The notes under the pieces: generated by a model | The model's input: the letters and a program-made list of their open reading frames with translations, nothing else | What the model was told of the DNA's origin: nothing | Databases searched by the model: none | Position numbers and translations under genes: made by a program | Shown: one piece after another, positions 44,775 through 56,980 of the stretch | How positions within the stretch are numbered: position 1 is the stretch's first letter | Layout: the number at the start of each line of letters is the position of its first letter | Assembly (NCBI GenBank): GCA_000146045.2 | Contig: BK006941.2 | Location: 1,026,941 to 1,090,940, forward strand | Origin: TPA_inf: Saccharomyces | Lineage: Eukaryota | DNA length: 64,000 bases | Direction of reading: 5' to 3'

Positions 44775-47022
44775 TTAATTTTCATTTTTGTGCATCTCAA
44801 CTTCCTGGTAAGTGATAGCTTTCCATTGTAGAAACTGTGTTTCCGCAACACAAGGGTAAAATTCACTGCTAATTGCGACCCATTTTCATGAACAGAGTAA
44901 TTAATTTTCTATTTGGAGGTCTACTTTTACAAGTATAAGACTGCTTCTTACCATGATGTCTCCCTATTGAAAATTATATTTAATAAAATACTTTTAGGCA
45001 CGCTAACGTTAGCATTCTTCCCAGAATTCCTATACTAACAGTTTTCAGTATATATACACTTTTTTACTGAGTGCTAAGAGCCAGATTGGATGAGATGATT
45101 GTGTACTGATGGGAGACAAGTTTAGCTTGAATAGGCTAGCTGCAATATGGATACTTTCACTCTCATCCTTTCGCTTTTGTGATTTAATTAGCATAATCAA
45201 GATGACTTTATATACAGCGCGTTGAAGCACTTAGTGCCATGTAATTACCTCATACTATTGTTGAAGAACTGTATAATAAAGTTTTGAAATTTTTCAGTGT
45301 TTGAGAAGTATTATATTTCCACATTGTAGCTAATGAAATCATACTTTCGTCAGCACTGACGCTCAAATGAATGATATGAAGTATTGCTCGACCGTTATAA
45401 TGGAGCACTAGTTGAAGGGCAGAGGAACAAGTGAAATACAACAGCTGAGTGCAGATAAGTGCTATGGTTTGTTGATAATATTACTTAGAAATGGTGTATT
45501 CAGCATTGATAAGAAAGGGGCGGTACTTTTTGCTACCATGTTGCTACCTCTGGGATTTGGATATTTGAGTGAATCACCATTCGCTTATTCAATACAGAGA
45601 AGATAGATAAATGCCAGTTAATTTTAGGAGGCAAGATATTATTGTCATTTATGTTTGCCATTTAAAGCAACATTTTTATGGCAGAACATAACATTAAAAG
45701 AATCCGATCTAAATTTAACTATAATAGTTACTAGATACGGACATATCTCTAGGAACTATGAAGGCTGAAATGTCTAGAACTTTGGAAAAGAGATGTCCTT
45801 TCTGCGTAGCTTAATTCATTTCCTTCCTAAAAAGTCCGTAGAAAGAACACTGCACCTCGCCTTGGGCAGGCTCCTCAGTGAAAACCGAAGAAAAAATACT
45901 ACAAATAAAAGAAGCGCGATGATACTTGTTTTAGATATATGGTTTACATCTCACAGAAAACACGTAGCCCTTGACGCGGGGAAATTAGAAAAGAAGCGAT
46001 GTTTTTCACAATAATGCAATATATATCTCTATTCTTAGTAATAATAACAATATCTACTGAAGAAAAGTAATACGCCACATGAAGACTAACGACTTTATAA
46101 CCTCTCGCAAGGCAGACGAGGACTGTCAGACCATTGAAAACTTGACGAACTTGTACACTAGTAGATTTCCCATATTCTTCCTCCGGTTTTTTGAAATCTT
46201 GTTTGACTTTATACTGAAAAATAGATCAAAGAAGCCATATCAGTGGCGGCTAATTAGGTAATATTTATAAAACAATTCCATTATATTCAAATTCAAAGTG
46301 ATAGATTTTTGAATCACAATTTCTAATTAGAACACCTTCACCACATACTGCTAACACGAAATTTACCTAATTGTTTGTGAGGATGACGACCACATGGGTT
46401 TGATTTTTTTTACTAATCGCTTTTGTATATCAAATGCAATTTATTATTATTTTCATGTCACCAAGAAAGAATAATTCTTTGAAATGGTTGTTTATATCCT
46501 CAGAATTGGAAAATTATTTGCCAAGCGATTGTGAAACTATGTGATATGTTTTGAGATATTTCATGAACCATATAGAATATGCATAGTATATCCCAATAAA
46601 GCATTGAATTATGAATGTCGTATCTCTATAAGCTCTCACATTAATGCTTCAAAAATACTTCATAAAACATTATAATATAGTTTAATGTGATTTTTGCGTG
46701 ATTCTCTCCTTCTTTTTATTAAGTGTATGGACATTTAAAGTAACAGTTAATTGAGAATACGGTTGACCTGGCATGTTGTTCGAATCAATATCCAGGCACA
46801 AGTACCAGGTGCTAAAGAAAAAGTACTCTCATATTTGCTTGATTGCTGCTTGGGCTATTTTAACTAACTACTAACAATATTTTGCTTAAAAAATGGTAAA
46901 TATGAATGTTTTACAGAAAAATAAAAAATGTATATATATAAAATCTCGAGCTAGCTGAGGGTTTTGGGAGCAGTCAAAGGGATTCCTTATTTCTTCCAAA
47001 AAAAAAAAAACAACCCTTTTAC

Positions 47023-48873
47023 TTAACATTTATCAGCTGCATTTAATTCTCGCTGTTTTATGCTTGAGGACTGACTGATACTCTCATCAGCTAGCGAATC
47101 ATGTTGAGTTTTTCCCTTTCCGAATGGATCAACCACAGTAGATGCAAATTTTCTGGCAGGAACCCCTTGGTTGAAAAGTTCATTAATTTCACTGAAGGTT
47201 CTACCAGTTGTCTCAGGCAGATCGATGATGACCCAAGCTAAAGTGACTGCTGTGAAACCACCCCAGTATAGACCAGTTTTGGCACCCCAGTTCCAATCGC
47301 TCACGTTTAGCATATAGGGCGTTAATATAGCGTTAATAACGGCCATGAGATTGTAGCAAATACGGGCCAGCACTATAGTCTTAGTTCTCAACTCCGCTGA
47401 TGGAATTTCAGCAACGATACAGTAAACAACTGCACCGATACCAGCATTGTAAAAGAATGATAAAGCCAGCAATAAACCACCGGCACCATTACTAGCGCTG
47501 CTTCCAGAACCAAAACCCATTCCACCAATAATAAATAAGCAGACCATTTGAAATGCAAGACCATAGGTCAGTATTGTCCATCTACCAACACGGCCAGATA
47601 TTACCCAGGAGCAAAGTGTACCCGCTAACCCAAGACAGTACTGAATTAGAGAAAAAGTAAACGCCTTGTCGGTGGCCATACCTGCTCTTTCAAAAAAATA
47701 TGTCGAGTAACCAAGTAAAACGGCACCGCTACTATTTTGAGCTACCCAAGTTAAACATGCAAGTCTCGTTCTTCTTCCATTAACTCCCTTGAAACAATTA
47801 AAGAATGATCCTGATTTAGATGCTAAAAGTCTTTCTTTTTCAATAGTCAATTCAATCTGCTTTAAAGTAAGATCAACTTGAATGTCCTTCTCGGCGCCTT
47901 TACCACTCAAAATTCTGCTTAAAGATTTTCTTGCCTCAGCGACCCTATCCTTTCTCACCAACCACCAGGGCGACTCAGGAGCGAAAAAGATACCGATCAT
48001 TAAAGGAGCAGGCCAAATCCATTGTAAAGCAAATGGCAATTTATAGCCCAAGTCGGAGTTCCCTAAATTCTCTTGTGAGTTTTTCATAATACCAGAGGCG
48101 AAGATTTGACCAAATAACCAACAAATGTTGGAGTAACTGGTCATGTAATATCTTAATGCTAAAGGGCAAACTTCCGAAGCATAAGTAACAGCCAAACTTT
48201 GGAAACAACCCCATGGTATAGCTGAGAGAATTTGTCCCACAGCAATCATAGCTAAACTTTTACAGTAGTAGAGGATAAAGATATAAGCAGTTAACAAACC
48301 AAGTGCTGTAATCATCGTATAACGATTCCCCATAAATTCAACCATATAAGTCGTGATTTGCAAACCAATCATCTCACCACAAAGGACACACATGTTTAAA
48401 CCAATCTGCCATTGGGAAGTAATTTCGTAAGAACCCTCCCCGTTCAAAGTACCGAATTTTCTCTGAAAAACTGGCAGGGCATACAGTGCGCTCAGTAGTG
48501 CGGTATCATAACCTTCCATAACCAGGGTAGTAGACACTAATATGGACCACAGGGCTGCTTTTGGATATTTTAGCAACGCCTGCTTCAAAGTCATGCTTTT
48601 TTCCTCGCTGTTAGCTTCATTTGCATCATCAGTAGCGTTCATCTCATTAATCACATTCTCGTTATCTTCGTCAGAATCTCCTAACTGGGCTGAATTGGTG
48701 GTGAACTCTAAGTGGTCTAGCTCAAAGGCACTATCCTTTTTCCCTTCTTCAAAATCTTCAGTATTGAAAACCTCCTGTTGGTTTACAATATCTCTTGAAG
48801 ACTCAGAAATGTTTTTATCCTCATTTTTTGAGGCAGCCTTCTTCTTGCTTACCAATGAAATGATATTTTTCAT
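47023..48873 (-). CDS. MAL11: Alpha-glucoside/maltose:H+ symporter, MFS sugar porter (Mal11/Agt1)
   Basis: 616 aa, 12-TM MFS. Sugar-porter PESPxxL motif PESPWWLVRKDR. The 616-aa length fits the AGT1-type allele rather than a 614-aa MAL61-type permease. Confidence 0.88.
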   Translation of the reverse strand: MKNIISLVSKKKAASKNEDKNISESSRDIVNQQEVFNTEDFEEGKKDSAFELDHLEFTTNSAQLGDSDEDNENVINEMNATDDANEANSEEKSMTLKQALLKYPKAALWSILVSTTLVMEGYDTALLSALYALPVFQRKFGTLNGEGSYEITSQWQIGLNMCVLCGEMIGLQITTYMVEFMGNRYTMITALGLLTAYIFILYYCKSLAMIAVGQILSAIPWGCFQSLAVTYASEVCPLALRYYMTSYSNICWLFGQIFASGIMKNSQENLGNSDLGYKLPFALQWIWPAPLMIGIFFAPESPWWLVRKDRVAEARKSLSRILSGKGAEKDIQVDLTLKQIELTIEKERLLASKSGSFFNCFKGVNGRRTRLACLTWVAQNSSGAVLLGYSTYFFERAGMATDKAFTFSLIQYCLGLAGTLCSWVISGRVGRWTILTYGLAFQMVCLFIIGGMGFGSGSSASNGAGGLLLALSFFYNAGIGAVVYCIVAEIPSAELRTKTIVLARICYNLMAVINAILTPYMLNVSDWNWGAKTGLYWGGFTAVTLAWVIIDLPETTGRTFSEINELFNQGVPARKFASTVVDPFGKGKTQHDSLADESISQSSSIKQRELNAADKC

Positions 48874-49658
48874 ATTATACTATTTTTTTAGTTGTTTGAT
48901 GTTCTTCTATGTAGCATCAGAAAGAAACACCAACCCGAAAATTCTTCAAACAATCAATACCAAACCGCTTTATATAAAAAATTAAGATGTCGACATTCCT
49001 TATTTTTTACTGAGTTCGTTAAAGTTGGGTACACTCTTGATTACTGTAATTGTCTCTGTATGTCCCTCAAGCCCGGTACGTTGTCATTTTCTAGTACGCA
49101 TCAACGGAGTGTTACATGATAGATAGACCGAGTAGAATCTATGGCTATGGGGTAATTAAAACCTTAAAGCTCCTTTCGCTGCCATAGTAATACGAATAGA
49201 CCTTGGCTATAGTAAGTTGCATCTGTACCGTAGAGATTCTTGCAACTCGCTTAAACTCTCGCTTTTAGATAATATTTCTCCTTATTGCGCGCTTCGTTGA
49301 AAATTTCGCTAAACACGGGGTTTAAGTTAAAGTTTACAGGATTTATCCGGAAATTTTCGCGGACCCCACACAATTAAGAATTGGCTCGAAGAGTGATAAC
49401 GCATACTTTTCTTTTCTTTTTTTAGTTCCTAGCGTACCTAACGTAGGTAACATGATTTGGATCGTGGGATGATACAAACAACGTAAGATGAATAGTTCCT
49501 TCCTCAATTCTTCTTGCAGCATCATTTTCTTGAGGCGCTCTGGGCAAGGTATAAAAAGTTCCATTAATACGTCTCTAAAAAATTAAATCATCCATCTCTT
49601 AAGCAGTTTTTTTGATAATCTCAAATGTACATCAGTCAAGCGTAACTAAATTACATAA
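48874..49658. promoter_or_regulatory. Divergent MAL11-MAL12 promoter of the MAL1 locus
   Basis: 785-bp gap between divergent permease and maltase starts. TATA-like TATATAAAAAAT at about 48968 (MAL11 side) and TATAAAAAG at about 49548 (MAL12 side). Confidence 0.7.
49348..49368 (+). promoter_or_regulatory. CGG-N9-CGG direct repeat (candidate MAL-activator site) next to a Mig1-like GTGGGG on the minus strand
   Basis: CCGGAAATTTTCGCGGACCCCAC. CGG triplets at 49348-50 and 49360-62. Reverse complement of ACCCCAC gives GTGGGGT, fitting the Mig1 core SYGGGG. About 300 bp upstream of MAL12. Confidence 0.35.
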
Positions 49659-51413
49659 ATGACTATTTCTGATCATCCAGAAACAGAACCAAAGTGGTGG
49701 AAAGAGGCCACAATCTATCAAATTTACCCAGCAAGTTTTAAAGACTCCAATAACGATGGCTGGGGTGATTTAAAAGGTATCACTTCCAAGTTGCAGTATA
49801 TTAAAGATCTTGGCGTTGATGCTATTTGGGTTTGTCCGTTTTATGACTCTCCTCAACAAGATATGGGGTATGATATATCCAACTACGAAAAGGTCTGGCC
49901 CACATATGGTACCAATGAGGACTGTTTTGAGCTAATTGACAAGACTCATAAGCTGGGTATGAAATTCATCACCGATTTGGTTATCAACCACTGTTCTACA
50001 GAACACGAATGGTTCAAAGAGAGCAGATCCTCGAAGACCAATCCGAAGCGTGACTGGTTCTTCTGGAGACCTCCTAAGGGTTATGACGCCGAAGGCAAGC
50101 CAATTCCTCCAAACAATTGGAAATCTTTCTTTGGTGGTTCAGCTTGGACTTTTGATGAAACTACAAATGAATTTTACCTCCGTTTGTTTGCGAGTCGTCA
50201 AGTTGACTTGAATTGGGAGAATGAAGACTGCAGAAGGGCAATCTTTGAAAGTGCTGTTGGATTTTGGCTGGACCATGGTGTAGATGGTTTTAGAATCGAT
50301 ACCGCTGGTTTGTATTCGAAACGTCCTGGTTTACCAGATTCCCCAATTTTTGACAAAACCTCGAAATTACAACATCCAAATTGGGGGTCTCACAATGGTC
50401 CTAGGATTCATGAATATCATCAAGAACTACACAGATTTATGAAAAACAGGGTGAAAGATGGTAGAGAAATAATGACAGTCGGTGAAGTTGCCCATGGAAG
50501 TGATAATGCTTTATACACCAGTGCAGCTAGATACGAAGTCAGCGAAGTTTTCTCCTTCACGCACGTTGAAGTTGGTACCTCGCCATTTTTCCGTTATAAC
50601 ATAGTGCCCTTCACCTTGAAACAATGGAAAGAAGCCATTGCATCGAACTTTTTGTTCATTAACGGTACTGATAGTTGGGCTACCACCTACATCGAGAATC
50701 ACGATCAAGCCCGGTCAATTACGAGATTTGCTGACGATTCGCCAAAGTACCGTAAAATATCTGGTAAGCTGTTAACATTGCTAGAATGTTCATTGACAGG
50801 TACGTTGTATGTCTATCAAGGTCAGGAGATAGGCCAGATCAATTTCAAGGAATGGCCTATTGAAAAGTATGAGGACGTTGATGTGAAAAACAACTACGAG
50901 ATTATCAAAAAAAGTTTTGGTAAAAACTCGAAGGAAATGAAGGATTTTTTTAAAGGAATCGCCCTACTTTCTAGAGATCATTCGAGAACTCCCATGCCAT
51001 GGACGAAAGATAAGCCCAATGCTGGATTTACTGGCCCAGATGTTAAACCTTGGTTTCTCTTGAATGAATCTTTCGAGCAAGGAATCAATGTTGAGCAGGA
51101 ATCCAGAGATGATGACTCAGTTCTCAATTTTTGGAAAAGGGCCTTGCAAGCCAGAAAGAAATATAAGGAACTTATGATTTATGGTTACGATTTCCAATTC
51201 ATTGATTTAGACAGTGACCAGATCTTTAGCTTCACTAAAGAGTACGAAGACAAGACGCTGTTTGCTGCTTTAAATTTCAGTGGCGAAGAAATTGAATTCA
51301 GCCTCCCAAGAGAAGGTGCTTCTTTATCTTTTATTCTTGGAAATTATGATGATACTGACGTTTCCTCCAGAGTTTTGAAACCATGGGAAGGTAGAATCTA
51401 CCTCGTCAAATAA
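49659..51413 (+). CDS. MAL12: Maltase, GH13 alpha-glucosidase (Mal12)
   Basis: 584 aa. GH13 motifs [24 protein letters not shown]. Divergent from MAL11 across a 785-bp promoter. Confidence 0.92.
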
Positions 51414-53365
51414 AATTAGTGCCGGCTTTTTTTTAGCGCGTACTTTAACGAAATAACACATGATTTTTCACATGATTTTTGTTAGATAAATTTTTTATAT
51501 GTAAATGATGATAGCGTAAAAGCACTGTTGATAATTTGTTTCACCATTATGGGTAAATGTGTTTTTCTACATGACCCTCGTTCATTATGATATTTAGCGT
51601 GTATATAAATGTGAATTCCAAATTATTAATGAGGCATAAGAAGCACTATCCTTTCTCTTCGGATGAAAACAAGGGAGAAGAAACCTGTGCTGGTATTAAT
51701 GCTGAAATGTCTTGCTAAGAATCATACAAGGTGGTAGTTTTATTTAATAAAGAAAAGAAAAGGACTAGATATAAAAAGTGAAATGAATATAAGATAGCGT
51801 TAAGAGATGTCCGCAGTACTTGACACATAATTTAGCGTTTTCTCGGGAAGCTCTGTGATTTTATGATTCAATAACACAGCGTAATTGATTTCGTGATAGT
51901 TCGATCCTATATGTAATCTCACGTAACACTCAGGCGAGTTACAAAATCGATTCAACATTGCCGGCTTATGCGTTTACGTCAAGTCTGAGCATGCCTACCC
52001 CCTTCCGAACCCGCCTTTTATTGTCTAGCCTTCAGATGAACTAAACCAATCATCTGTCCATAATTCCTCTGCTTTAGACAGTGTTATTAAGCAAAAGAAA
52101 ATAAGCGCATAAGATTCTTGCTACTTCAGTAACTCCACAACATTAACACCCCACAATCAATATCTAAAAGCCAATGAAGTGAAGATGAGAGGTGGAATGA
52201 CGGTCTTATCCTTTGAGAAGTTTGACTACTAAAATCTGTGTCTCCTATACCATTAGTTATTGAGCTATAACTATATACCAGAGAAGTGTAGTAATTCTTC
52301 AGCAACGGGCCTATAATCTGGATACGTATGATTACTTATCGCTGTAATAGTTGTAAATTCCTCGAAGAAAAACACATGACCAGAATGATAGACATATTGA
52401 AACAGTGAATAAAAGGGAGAAAAAGGCTTAAAGGATTTCTGTATTAGTAACACTAAGCCCTCTATCAATTTCATCCAAACAGAAAGACTGCAGGTACATC
52501 CATAGGATAGAAGTTCTGTATGTAATCCGCCACTTTTTGTCTCCTTCATGTACCATATAATGAATAGAAAAACGTAGACCTAGGCGGCAACCGTTGCCTA
52601 CCATACGAAGCGCTGATGCTGTTCTCCGATTATTAGTATTACAAAAAAAATTATACAATACTTATTAAGATGTTAACTTATCAATTTCCGGTATAGTTTC
52701 CGCTATGGTCAGCTTTGTCCAGTGGAAGTTCCGCTGTTTCAGAACTAGAGCTTCGTAGCACCTCGAATGCTCATTTATTCTTGTCAACATTTTTGCTGGC
52801 AGTGTATAAGACTGTAGACACCTACAATATACGACTCCGGTATTCGATAAGTCTTTCACTTTCTATTTTAAGAAAAACAGAATCTACAATTTTCCCGTAG
52901 CAACCGTTTAGCGCACAAAGATTAGATGGCCTCTGAACGAGGGTTCAAAGCAAATTTGGTTTTAGCTTTTTCTTGGCCAAAAGCTGCAGCTGCATCTCTG
53001 AAGGCACCCTAAAGGGATTCTTCGGAAGTATGTACACTGTGAGAAAACATTCTTGTGCCTTGGAAATGCAATAAAAAGGTATAGGCACTATGAAGCGTGC
53101 GCCTCGTATACGGGACCTATGAAAGACGCATCGTTCAAGTACAGAAGCACCGTAATAATATGAATAATGAATGTGGGATGAACATTGTACACTGAGGCAT
53201 TTTAGGTGAGAGATGGGTGCCAGATGATAACTCGTTTGTGCCAGGGAAGTTGGCAAGACATTCATATAAATAGAGCTGCTGTAGCTATCCATCTTTGAGG
53301 TATGCGCTTTCATTTCACTATTTCTTGTTAAGCTTACATCAGCACTAAAAAACAAAACAAATACA

Positions 53366-53728
53366 ATGGTCAAACTAACTTCAATCGCTGCTGGTGTTGC
53401 CGCCATCGCTGCTACTGCTTCCGCAACCACCACTCTAGCTCAATCTGACGAAAGAGTCAACTTGGTTGAATTGGGTGTCTACGTCTCTGATATCAGAGCT
53501 CACTTGGCCCAATACTACTCTTTCCAAGCCGCTCATCCAACTGAAACCTACCCAGTTGAAATCGCTGAAGCCGTTTTCAACTACGGTGACTTCACCACCA
53601 TGTTGACTGGTATTGCCCCAGACCAAGTGACCAGAATGATCACCGGTGTTCCATGGTACTCCAGCAGATTAAAGCCAGCCATCTCCAGTGCTCTATCCAA
53701 GGACGGTATCTACACTATCGCAAACTAG
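53366..53728 (+). CDS. PAU12: Seripauperin (PAU family) cell-wall mannoprotein
   Basis: 120 aa. N-terminal signal [20 protein letters not shown]. Conserved PAU core. Subtelomeric position matches YGR294W. Confidence 0.85.
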
Positions 53729-54643
53729 AGACAAACGCCTTTACGAACGAAATTCCATAAACCTTAAGAAATAACGAAAATAAAAAAAGCTTTTTTTTTT
53801 TGATAGTATAAATAGTTCATTATATGTAAGTGTATATTAATATTGTTACTACTGGTCAATCGTGATATTTATGAACAACTTGGCGGAGCAAGGACAAGAA
53901 TCCTCTCTTCCTTTTGTGGTATTCTTCGATGTGTGTCCACTTCAACGACATGGGTCATCAATATCTATGTTGAAAAAATCATATTTTAGGATCACTTGCT
54001 AGTAAACCGGTTGATGCTATTGTTAATATATAACGACAAATGTTCAAGCAATTATATAACCATTTTCTTCCATATTCACCTTAAACGAGGTCGCCTTTAT
54101 TTTTTTTTTTTTTTTCAGGGCATCGATCGGCCCGGAGTCGTCGCCTTCAAATGTGTCAAATTTTTAAGATTAAAGTTATCGATCTTGAAGTTTTTCGTGG
54201 CAGGAGGGTTTCTATTTAGTGTTCGGTAAAGGCTTTCATAAGCTTTTGTATATCCCTTGATTAACAATAAATGTGGAAAATAAGAAGGGTAATTTGTGAA
54301 AGAGTCCGATTCTAGTCGATGTACAGTAAAATCACTTATTATTTAAGGATTCCGCTGCGGTATGCGTTTTCTACTGATGCGTGGAGCAAGCCACGCCATG
54401 TGATTAACCTTGCTTGATAAAAGCACCAACCCATCGTTCAGAATATGCATGGAATATAGCATCACTGGGAGGAGAAAGACAATAAGTTTTGCGCATATGG
54501 TAGGATGGTGGCACACTGATTTCTGTCAACCAGTGAGAAATAGGGAAAAAGAAAATGGTTGTAATGGTAAAAAGTAGTCTCGTTTTGGTTATTCGCAGCT
54601 GACAAACTACAAAATATATAAATTGAAAAAGTTGTATTTATCT

Positions 54644-55789
54644 TTACGCTAAGGACTCCTCACTGCAGGATAATTGCGCTTCTTTAATATATGGCCATAG
54701 TTCCACATTCAATGATAGAGCCCGCATAGATTTCTTTGCAGAGAGAACGCGGTAGAAGAAGTGGCTAAAAAACCATTCACAGTCAATCCCGTCAAAGAAA
54801 AACTCTTCATTCTTCCAGACTTTTTTCTCAAACAAGTACCTATTCATTTTCTTTGCAATTTCGTCCCATCCATTTGCACCACTTTCTTGCTCATTTATAA
54901 TAGTCGATAAAAACTGCATCTTGTGTTCCATTTTCACGGATAAAACGATCATCCTCATATTCCGGAAATCTCTCGTCATGATAAAAAACAGCACCACAAG
55001 AAACAAGGGACGTGCTATAGTGCCATCATTTCGTGAAATGAAGACATTATGCAAATAAAAAAGGAAGAGTGGTAAACACCGCCGGTTGAAAATCCTTTTG
55101 AGAACCCAGGTAAGCTTAAATCGGTAAGCTTCCTTGGGAAGTTTAGCATCTTCCAGGCCAACAGGGCTCCATGATTTCTCAGAATTAAACAACTTCCATT
55201 GTTTTTCAACTTCTGTAAAATAAACTTCCAATGCTTCTTCAATGTAAGGGACGGAATCCTTAAATGACTTAACCTTGGCAGCTTCGTCTTTTTTCAAAGA
55301 GAAGGGTTCGAGAAGGGTTGTTCTGAATGCTTCTTGGCAGCTCATGGCACTGAAAAAAAAGTACTTGGTATTCCAAGCCTTATTTTCATAGAAGTACGAA
55401 TTTAGATTTGCTGCAACGACTTCCCAATCATGAGGATCCGAACTTGGTGTGTTTTTAGTAATCTCTTTGCAAAACTGAGTGAGTTGTTTCGATAAGGAAC
55501 GTTTACGAGAAAGTCTAAAAATAACAAGAACAAATACTGGTCCCCAAAACAGGACAAGAAGTGAAACCATAAGCGGGTAAATCCAATTGTTGGAAAGTTT
55601 CCACCAGACGCTAAGTGGTAGCCATAATAGCATCCAGATGCGAAACACTAAGGACTTGTAAATTTCATAACAAAACCAGGTAAAGCTGCTTCTGAAAAGA
55701 TCTTGAGGTAGAACAGTCTTTTGGGATTCGAGCTGTTTGACGGATAATACATCTACACTCTTCTCATTTTTAAGTTCATTCTCTTTCAT
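54644..55789 (-). CDS. COS6: COS/DUP380 subtelomeric membrane protein (Cos6)
   Basis: 381 aa. Two N-terminal TM helices WMLLWLPLSVWW and MVSLLVLFWGPVFVLVIF. DUP-family length. Sits next to the X element, as COS genes usually do. Confidence 0.85.
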   Translation of the reverse strand: MKENELKNEKSVDVLSVKQLESQKTVLPQDLFRSSFTWFCYEIYKSLVFRIWMLLWLPLSVWWKLSNNWIYPLMVSLLVLFWGPVFVLVIFRLSRKRSLSKQLTQFCKEITKNTPSSDPHDWEVVAANLNSYFYENKAWNTKYFFFSAMSCQEAFRTTLLEPFSLKKDEAAKVKSFKDSVPYIEEALEVYFTEVEKQWKLFNSEKSWSPVGLEDAKLPKEAYRFKLTWVLKRIFNRRCLPLFLFYLHNVFISRNDGTIARPLFLVVLFFIMTRDFRNMRMIVLSVKMEHKMQFLSTIINEQESGANGWDEIAKKMNRYLFEKKVWKNEEFFFDGIDCEWFFSHFFYRVLSAKKSMRALSLNVELWPYIKEAQLSCSEESLA

Positions 55790-56732
55790 TTTCGGTAGTG
55801 AGATGGCAGTTCGAGGGGTTTTTTATTCAAAATAATAACTTCTGGCTTTTCGCTTTTATATAGCAGAAAAAAAAGCCGTCGAGGCGCGCGCGTTCATGCA
55901 ATGGCTCAGTAACCTCGGGATAGAAAAAGGGCAACAATGTTGAGCTATTTTAGGCACAGAAACTTTACTATTCGAAAAGGGCATCCATTTCATTTCCGAT
56001 TTTCTATCTAGCTCACTCGATAATCGTAATAGTACTTTTATAAAACTTTAGTGCGGGTACTGTGAGAGTGTGCCGTAACTTTGGTTTACATTTAAGGTGC
56101 GACCAGCAATGTCACTACTTTTACAACAACCGCCATATGGCTCGAGAATTTCATTATCACATGGAATGCCTGTGACAAAACTGTGTAAATATCTAATAGA
56201 AATTAGATGTAGCTGTCACAAATATTTACACAGGAAAGAGCCTGTCCTACGAGTATCTTACATGAAGATTCATAGAACCAATTTACTTGCGAATGTGAAC
56301 AACCTTTCAACATCATTTCAATACCATTTTCCCTCCTTATGTTTGGTGTCACTGTAAAGCGGATCAAAGCAAAACATAGAGGTACGGTGGTGCTAAGATC
56401 ATGCATGACCTCTGGGTAATTACTACTTCTCCCGCTTGTTTTGAGATTCTGTATATAAATATTTCAAACAAAAGGATAGAGCGCGGATGGCAGGCCTTAT
56501 AGTAAAAGTTATTCGTTTTAATCATGTGTCAGTATGAGATTCTATGACAATAGTATGAGAAGATAGGGTGAAGTAAAAGTATCTGTATGACTATAGAGTG
56601 CAGTTATATTACAATATATTGAATAGATCATAATGGTATGACGATATTAAGGAACATTTAAGTTAATGACGTCATGGTGGTATAGATACGCAATTGAGTG
56701 TGTTTATGTATTATTGTTGAAAAGTAGAATAT

Positions 56733-56743
56733 TTTTATGTTTA
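56733..56743 (+). promoter_or_regulatory. ARS consensus sequence (ACS) of the X core
   Basis: TTTTATGTTTA matches WTTTAYRTTTW at 11/11. Confidence 0.6.
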
Positions 56744-56950
56744 GGTGATTTTGATGATATTTTTATGTAATATTGACATAAGTGCATATAAATTGAGTGG
56801 TTAGTATATGGTGCAAAAGTGGTACAACATATGTATTAAGGGCATTTATACAATATTTGGGGCCGCCGAATGAGATATAGATATTAAAATGTGGATAATC
56901 ATGGGATTTATGGGTAAATGGCACAGGGTATAGAACGCTGAGGCAAGCGC

Positions 56951-56963
56951 CGTGCATAATGAT
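56951..56963 (+). promoter_or_regulatory. Abf1 binding site of the X core
   Basis: CGTGCATAATGAT matches CGTNNNNNRYGAY, the reverse complement of RTCRYNNNNNACG. Confidence 0.55.
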
Positions 56964-56980
56964 GTGAGTGCATCTAGTAC

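Larger units (their letters stand above)
56400..56980 (+). repeat. Subtelomeric X core element (boundaries approximate)
   Basis: Lies between COS6 and the TG-rich repeats. Contains an 11/11 ARS consensus and an Abf1 site in the usual arrangement. Left boundary uncertain. Confidence 0.55.

Noticed and set aside
48542-48985. 147-aa plus-strand ORF overlapping the MAL11 5' end and promoter
   Set aside because: Antisense to a strongly supported MFS transporter and hydrophobic low-complexity in sequence. Consistent with a dubious ORF (the YGR290W type).
52945-53433. 162-aa minus-strand ORF overlapping the PAU12 promoter and start
   Set aside because: Overlaps a conserved PAU gene in antisense and has no domain signature. 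Likely a dubious ORF.
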